From positions 434,001 through 498,000 of the forward strand of contig JBBPEB010000003.1 of the NCBI GenBank assembly GCA_039096225.1: a DNA stretch of 64,000 bases, read 5' to 3'. The translations under genes and the position numbers were made by a program. This DNA is from Blastocystis sp. Blastoise. Its lineage: Eukaryota; Protista; Bigyra: Opalinata. Positions 57,369 to 64,000 of the stretch are shown one piece after another; the stretch's first letter is position 1; each line of letters starts with the position of its first letter. The notes below the pieces were generated by a model. It was not told the origin of the DNA. It saw nothing but the letters and a program-made list of their open reading frames with translations, and made no database searches.

Positions 57369-60300
57369 ATGAATACAATGAGTAGAATGTTTGATGACAT
57401 TAGTCAAGTTGATAATTGTGTTGTGTTTCCTTTAGAAATTTCATCAAAAGATAATAAGAAGAATAAAGAATATATATGGAAGATTTTATTAGTGATATTA
57501 TCATGTATATTGATGTTATGTAGTACTTTATCTATGTGTCGAAAAATATGTGAAATAAGTATTAAAAAACCAAATATAATAGATGTAATGGATTCAATAC
57601 AAGTATATAGAATAGAATAGAATAGAATAGAATAGAATATATAGTTTTTAATAGAGAATACAAAGAAACAAAGTGATTCTTTTGAAGCTTGTATAAAGAC
57701 TTCAATACGAGTATTTATATAAATAAATATATATATATATATATATATAAAGAGATGTAATGATACAATGCATAAAGAAGCTATTGAAGAATCAAATCGT
57801 GTAAATGAAATATTTGAAAGAAATAATTCTTTATTGAAAGATTTAGATATTCAAGTACAATATTATAATAAAACGTATATATATATATAATAATAATTAT
57901 TATTATTATTATAATATAGAATAGAAATAATAAAAGAATATATATCAAAATATATAACATTAAATAAAGAAGGATATCCTTATGATATAAATTCAAAATG
58001 TAATATTAATGATATTAATGAATTAAACTATTTAATTGATCCTTCTTCTATAATAATGAGTTCTACTTATAATGTAATTGAAAATATTATTATTATTATT
58101 ATATATATATATATAGATAACAGTTGAATATGTTTCTCAGAATGAAATATTATTTAAAAAGATGATTGAATCTATGAATAAAAGGTATTTATTTATTTTA
58201 AAAGAATATTTTCTTTTTTTTATAAATTATATATATTATATATATATAGAATAGAATATGATTCTATATATTTTACAATGAAACAAAATCAATTATATTC
58301 AATAAATTCAACTTTTATAAATTTATTAGAAGATCATTTTAATCAATTATATAATTCTATAAAATGTATATAGAATATATATTAATATAATATATATATA
58401 GTATTAAATATAACTGAAATAAGTGAATGTATAACTATAAATGAGAAATGTTCTAATAATAATGGATTATATAGTATATTATATAATATAAAAGAATCTA
58501 TTAGAAATCAATGGGAAGATGCATCTTTAACTTATAAGTATATATATATATATTATTATTATTATGAATATAATAATAATAATAAAAATATATATATAGT
58601 CTTTTAGAAGATAGAATAGATAGTTATAAAATAAAAATAATATCTTTAATAGATAATATTCAATCCTTATATAATACAATTGATCGATTTCATGAAGATT
58701 TATTGAATGCAGGTATTGATTTAGGTCCACTTCCTTCTCTTTCTTTACCTTCTCTTTCAATTCCTATATTTCCACAAATACAATTACCTGGTATTTTATA
58801 TATAATAATAATTATATATATATATATATAGAATTATCAATAATATATTCAAGTTTAATACCTATATTAGAAGAAACACAAGAAATATATATTAATAGGA
58901 TAAATGAGTTTGAAGAGAAAACAAGATTATTTCTTTATGAATATAGTTCTTCTTTTTCTTCTATAATCGATTTCTTTGATGATTATTCTCCTCCTAATTT
59001 GAATAATACAATATTTGAAGAATTTCAAGAAGAATCGAAACAATATATAGAAAATACTTGGAATACAATGCAAAATATTTCAAATACTATTCAAACATCA
59101 ACGTATATTATAATATATTATTAATTAATTAATTAATTATTATATATAAATATAGTATAAAATTTGGAAATACAATACAATCTACATTTAATAGTGTATA
59201 TAATACATTATTAGAAACAATAATAACAAAATGGGATACTGAAGATTATGAAGGTATATATAAATAGTATAATAATAATAATAATAATATATATATAAAT
59301 AGGTCTTAGTTTTAATATTTCAGATATTTTATCAAATATAGATTCTATAATATCATTAGCTTGTTATATAGATATAATATATAGAATAATAAAGATAATT
59401 CAAGTATTTTAATAATATATATATATATATAATATTTTAGATAATAAATAAGATTTTAATAAAAGGAAATGTAAATATAAAAGTAATATCTTTATATAAT
59501 GAAAATATTTTAAATAAGATGAATGATTGTAATAATACTATATTAACAAAGATCTTAATGATTTTAATTCCTTATTCAATTCCTATTTTATTAATATTCA
59601 TTATTATGTATATAAATATATTTAAAATATTATAATATTTAATAAATGATAGTATATTGATATTATTTGGTTTAATAATGTTATATATTCCATTTTTGAA
59701 TGATTTCTTGAATGGTTGTGTGTATAATACAGTAGAAGGTGATTCAATAAGTCGTAATATTTATTCTTTCAGTTATAATTATGCAACTATAAAAGGAACA
59801 TTAGCAGAACAATCTGTATTTTTATTTATATTATTATTTTATTATTATTATTATTCTATAGGGTTTAACATATTATAAGAAGACTCAAAAACAATATTGT
59901 GATTATTGGGAATCTTTAACAGAAGAACAACATATTAAAGATATTCGTATATATTTTATTTTATAATAATAATAATAATAATAGAAATATATGATGAATA
60001 TATATATTGGTTATCTTATGATAAGCATTTAATTGAATCTCTTACTAATTGTACAAATATAAATATCTTATGTGAGTATATTATATATTATATAATAATA
60101 ATTAAATATATATTTTTAATAGAAATGATATTTCATTTTGTAATTATATGAGAAATATTTCTTCTTCTTCTTCTTCTTTTATTTTATCTTCATCTTCATT
60201 ATCATCTCTATCTCTTAATAATAATAATATACATAATTGTTCTAAAATTCCTTCTTGTAATCTTCAATGTGAAGGACCTAATAAACATCCTTTATATACG

Positions 60301-60539
60301 TATATATATTTATTATATATTTATTATATATTTATTATATATATTTATTATATATACTATATCTAAAGAAACAACATGTAAAAGTGAATGGTTTCTTCAT
60401 TCTTATATATTATTATATTCAATGTCTCTTCTTATTTGGTTAATTATCAATATATCAAGATATTTCTATATCGAATCATTCAAATGTTTCTTCTATAAAC
60501 AATTATCTGGAAATCTATTCATGTATTTATATATATTTA

Positions 60540-60571
<32 letters not shown>

Positions 60572-60776
60572 CTAATATAGCTGTGAAATACCAATTAATT
60601 CTAATGGAGAAATAATTTGGAATAAAGATAAAAATATATTAAATGATATCAATAACAATATTCATTCTTCTTCTTATTCATATATTCTCAAATCTATATT
60701 CTTTTTCCAAATCGCCACTCTCATTCATCTTCTATGGATCTATCCATTATTCTCTATCTCTAAAATCATACAATAA
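57369..60776 (+). CDS. Uncharacterised multi-pass membrane protein with two Cys-containing luminal loops
   Basis: Many exons join in frame; about 5 hydrophobic segments (e.g. IWKILLVILSCILMLCSTL, ILLIFIIIILILFGLIMLYIPFL, WFLHSYILLYSMSLLIWLII); stop at 60774-60776. Confidence 0.65.
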
Positions 60777-61402
60777 TTCTTATTTTTATTTTTTTTTTAT
60801 GGATAACACTTCATTAATTGCTATTTTCAATTTATATTATATTCTAAACTATATCCTATATAAAATCAAATCATACACATTTATTATACACATCAAAAGT
60901 ATCATTTTATATCTATTTTACACATTATCATATATATCTCTATTTCTAAACTTCACACACTTTTGTTACTCATTTATTATTTACATCTCCAATATCCATA
61001 AAAAACAAATCTGTTGAAAAATATATATAACATGATTACTTTCTCATTTGCTGATCCATAAATTCATTTGATCCATCCTATCGAATCGTTTATTCTTTAA
61101 TTCTCACATCTCTTTAAAAGCAACAAAATATTTAAACGCTCACAATAAACATAAAGAAAACAGTCATTGAGAAAGATGCGTCATAAAAAAAGACGTAGTA
61201 TGGAGATGTTTTGTTTGTAAGGCAGTTCAAAACAAATAATCGTGATTATTTGATATGTATGAGGGAGGTAAATCAGAAGTTTCTATGTTTGGTTATTAGT
61301 GTAGAGGATTTAATAATTACAATATATCCTATAAAAACAAGCATTGACCAAATTAGGCTTCTTGAATAATCTAATTAAATCCCGTTTTAACAAAAAAGCA
61401 AA

Positions 61403-63960
61403 ATGAACAATCAACAAACGATGGACCAGATCAACAAAATGCTTAATTTTGTTGCTGGAAAACGTATACCAGATGGCATGAGGGGATACGATCAGCGGTT
61501 AAGTTCTTGGTTGTTGATGGCTTCTGATCTAATTCCTTTTTCTGGAGTGAATCAACATAAAAATTTGAGTGATATTTCTCAGACAGTATTTTATTTTTGA
61601 ATTTTCTATTTTTGTATTCAATATTATGGATTATTATTTTTTTGTATAGAACCAAGGAAATCTGGCACTTTCAAATGGACAAAATAATAATTTTAATCAA
61701 TGGGATTCTTCAATGAATGGTATGAATTGTGATACTACATATGGAGTAGCTATGAATAATAATCAGAATTCTCAGCCTATTTCATCGAATTACCCTATGC
61801 AGTCAAATGATTATGATTATATGAATCAATCTCATGTTATTAATGGCAATAATTGTTTAGATATGAATAATCCAATGTTAAATATAAATAATACAATTCC
61901 ATTTAATACTCCTTTAACACCTCTTCCTAATCATTCATTACCTTTAAATGCAAATACAAATACAAATGGAATACCACTTTCTTCTTCTTTACTTAATTCT
62001 ACATCTATAAATACATTACCTTCTGTCCATACTATGAATAATACTATATCATCATTAGATAATGGATCGAATAATAATAATAATAATAATACTATAAATA
62101 CAAATAATTATATGTATGATAATTCATTTCCTCCTGCTTCAAATCCTATGATAAATAATACTATAAACTCAACACCTCTTAATAATACTGTACAAACCAT
62201 GAATAATAATTCGTTATCTCTATCATGTATATTATTATTATTTATTGCTATTTATTCTTTTTGTTAAATGTTATTAGTTATTATTTATTATTGTTTATTT
62301 TATTCAATATATTATAATATAAATATAAATATATATATAATAAATAATATTTATGTATAGATGATGGTACAATGGATTCTATGACTGATTTGAAAGATTC
62401 ATCAAGTATACTACTATAATATAAGATAATATTATTATTATATTATAATAATATTATTATTATATTATAATAATATTATTATAATATATATAGATACAAA
62501 GAGGGTTCATGAAGATGAAGACAGTAAAGATTCGAAACGAATAAAGCGCCTTGAGAAAAACAGAGAAATTGCAAAGAATTGTAGAAAGAGAAAGAAGGAA
62601 AAGATTATTGCCTTAGAAGAAGAAGTATATACAAGTTATTATTTATTCTATATATATATATATATAATTTCTTTGAATTATTTTTCATTTAACAAGTATT
62701 TATAATATATAAGAATAATAATGATTAGATTATAATAATATCTATAATACTATTATATAGATACAACAATTACGTCAAGCTAATGATGATATGAAACGAC
62801 AAATGTTTAATAATGGTCAAAATACAGATAAAGAAAGAGTACAATCTGCATATGTTTCAAAACTTCGAGAACTTCTATTAGCACGTGCTTCGGATGAAGA
62901 AGTACAAAAAGAAATAGATGCATATTATGATAATTGGAAGAAGAATAATGAAGATCGTTTTAATAACTCAAAATTCCATTTAGAACAATTAAAAATGTTA
63001 TTATTACCTACTCAAGTATATATATATATATATATATTATATATAATAAATACAGTTCCAAAATCAGTATATATAAGTTGTACTATATTGAAGAACAGAG
63101 CTGTAAAATTAATATTATCACTACACATTTATATATATATATATTATATATATATATATATAAATAATAATACTAGCCCTTCGGGGGTTGGACGGAGGAG
63201 TCCAGATCTAGGGAGGTAGAGAACTAGGGAACTCGGGAATGGAATACTATTCCATGAAATCCTTATACTCATATATTTATAAATTATTCTAAAAGAAATA
63301 ATAATTTATTATTGTTTTTTAAAATTATATATATATAGGTAACAAAAATGTGTGTGTGGTCGTTACAACAGGATGATGAGTTTTATGATGAGAAATTAAA
63401 TGATATTAAATATGGAGGATCTATATGGACTTTATTATGTAATTCTATTGATGTATATATATATATGTATATTATTATTATTATTATTATTATTTATGTT
63501 AACTTTAATAGTCATATAATAATAATAAGAATAAGAATAATATAATAATAATAATATATAGATGACAAATGAACAAAAATTAAAGATTTTATCTCTTCGA
63601 AATGAGACTAATGAGGGCTGTCAAAATATGGATAAAATCATTGATATTATAGAAATGTTACAAGAAAAAGTATATATATATATATATATACTTTTTTTAA
63701 TATATTTTTATTATTTTTATATAAATTAATAGAATATGATTATTACGTTACTATTCTATATATTATTAATAAATATTACTATATATATTTTATAGATATC
63801 GGAGAATATGAGTATTTCTAGACAACAATTAGAAGGCATTATGAAGGTATTAAGTCCAAGACAACAAGCGAAATTCTTACTTTGGTGTGAAGATAATAAA
63901 AATAAAAATCAACTTTTATCTATTTTATTCTCTATTTTACATAAAACACAAGATACTGAA
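61403..63960 (+). CDS. bZIP transcription factor with DOG1/TGA-like C-terminal region (3' end beyond window)
   Basis: KRIKRLEKNREIAKNCRKRKKEKIIALEEEIQQLRQANDDM basic region and zipper; C-terminal LSPRQQAKFLLW. Confidence 0.85.
63171..63276 (+). ncRNA. Candidate box H/ACA snoRNA in a bZIP intron
   Basis: GC-rich island: hairpin (CCCU..UGGAC/GUCCA..AGGG), AGAGAA H box, second hairpin (UAGGGA..AUGGAAU/AUUCCAU..UCCUUA), AUA tail. Confidence 0.45.
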
Positions 63961-64000
63961 GTATATATAAAAATATTCTTCTTATTATGATGATTATTAT

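Overview
Very AT-rich, intron-dense eukaryotic nuclear DNA, most likely an AT-rich Blastocystis-like stramenopile. This is an inference from TGTTTGTT-type motifs downstream of genes, a DEP-START-AGC kinase, a fucosyltransferase and AT-AC introns. I reconstructed 14 spliced protein genes by hand: pICln, a coiled-coil protein, an ACC-synthase-like aminotransferase, TAF1, a fucosyltransferase, tafazzin, OST48/WBP1, the DEP-START-AGC kinase, a metallo-beta-lactamase-fold hydrolase, NOC1/CEBPZ, an INO80E-like protein, TRRAP, a UPF1-like protein and a multi-pass membrane protein. The window also holds a partial bZIP gene, a truncated phosphoserine-phosphatase fragment, tRNA-Pro(AGG) and an intact Tc1 (DD34E) transposon. 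Main highlights: (1) an OST48 intron with two SNORD41/snR51-type C/D snoRNAs and two near-identical copies of an unrecognised 85-nt structured RNA (C box, K-loop, Sm-like site, no D box); (2) three U12-type AT-AC introns; (3) a perfect heat-shock element inside the Tc1 element; (4) a catalytically dead, half-length UPF1 paralogue; (5) H/ACA-like RNAs in a bZIP intron. Most poly-I/L/Y/N ORFs in the supplied track are intron microsatellite artefacts.
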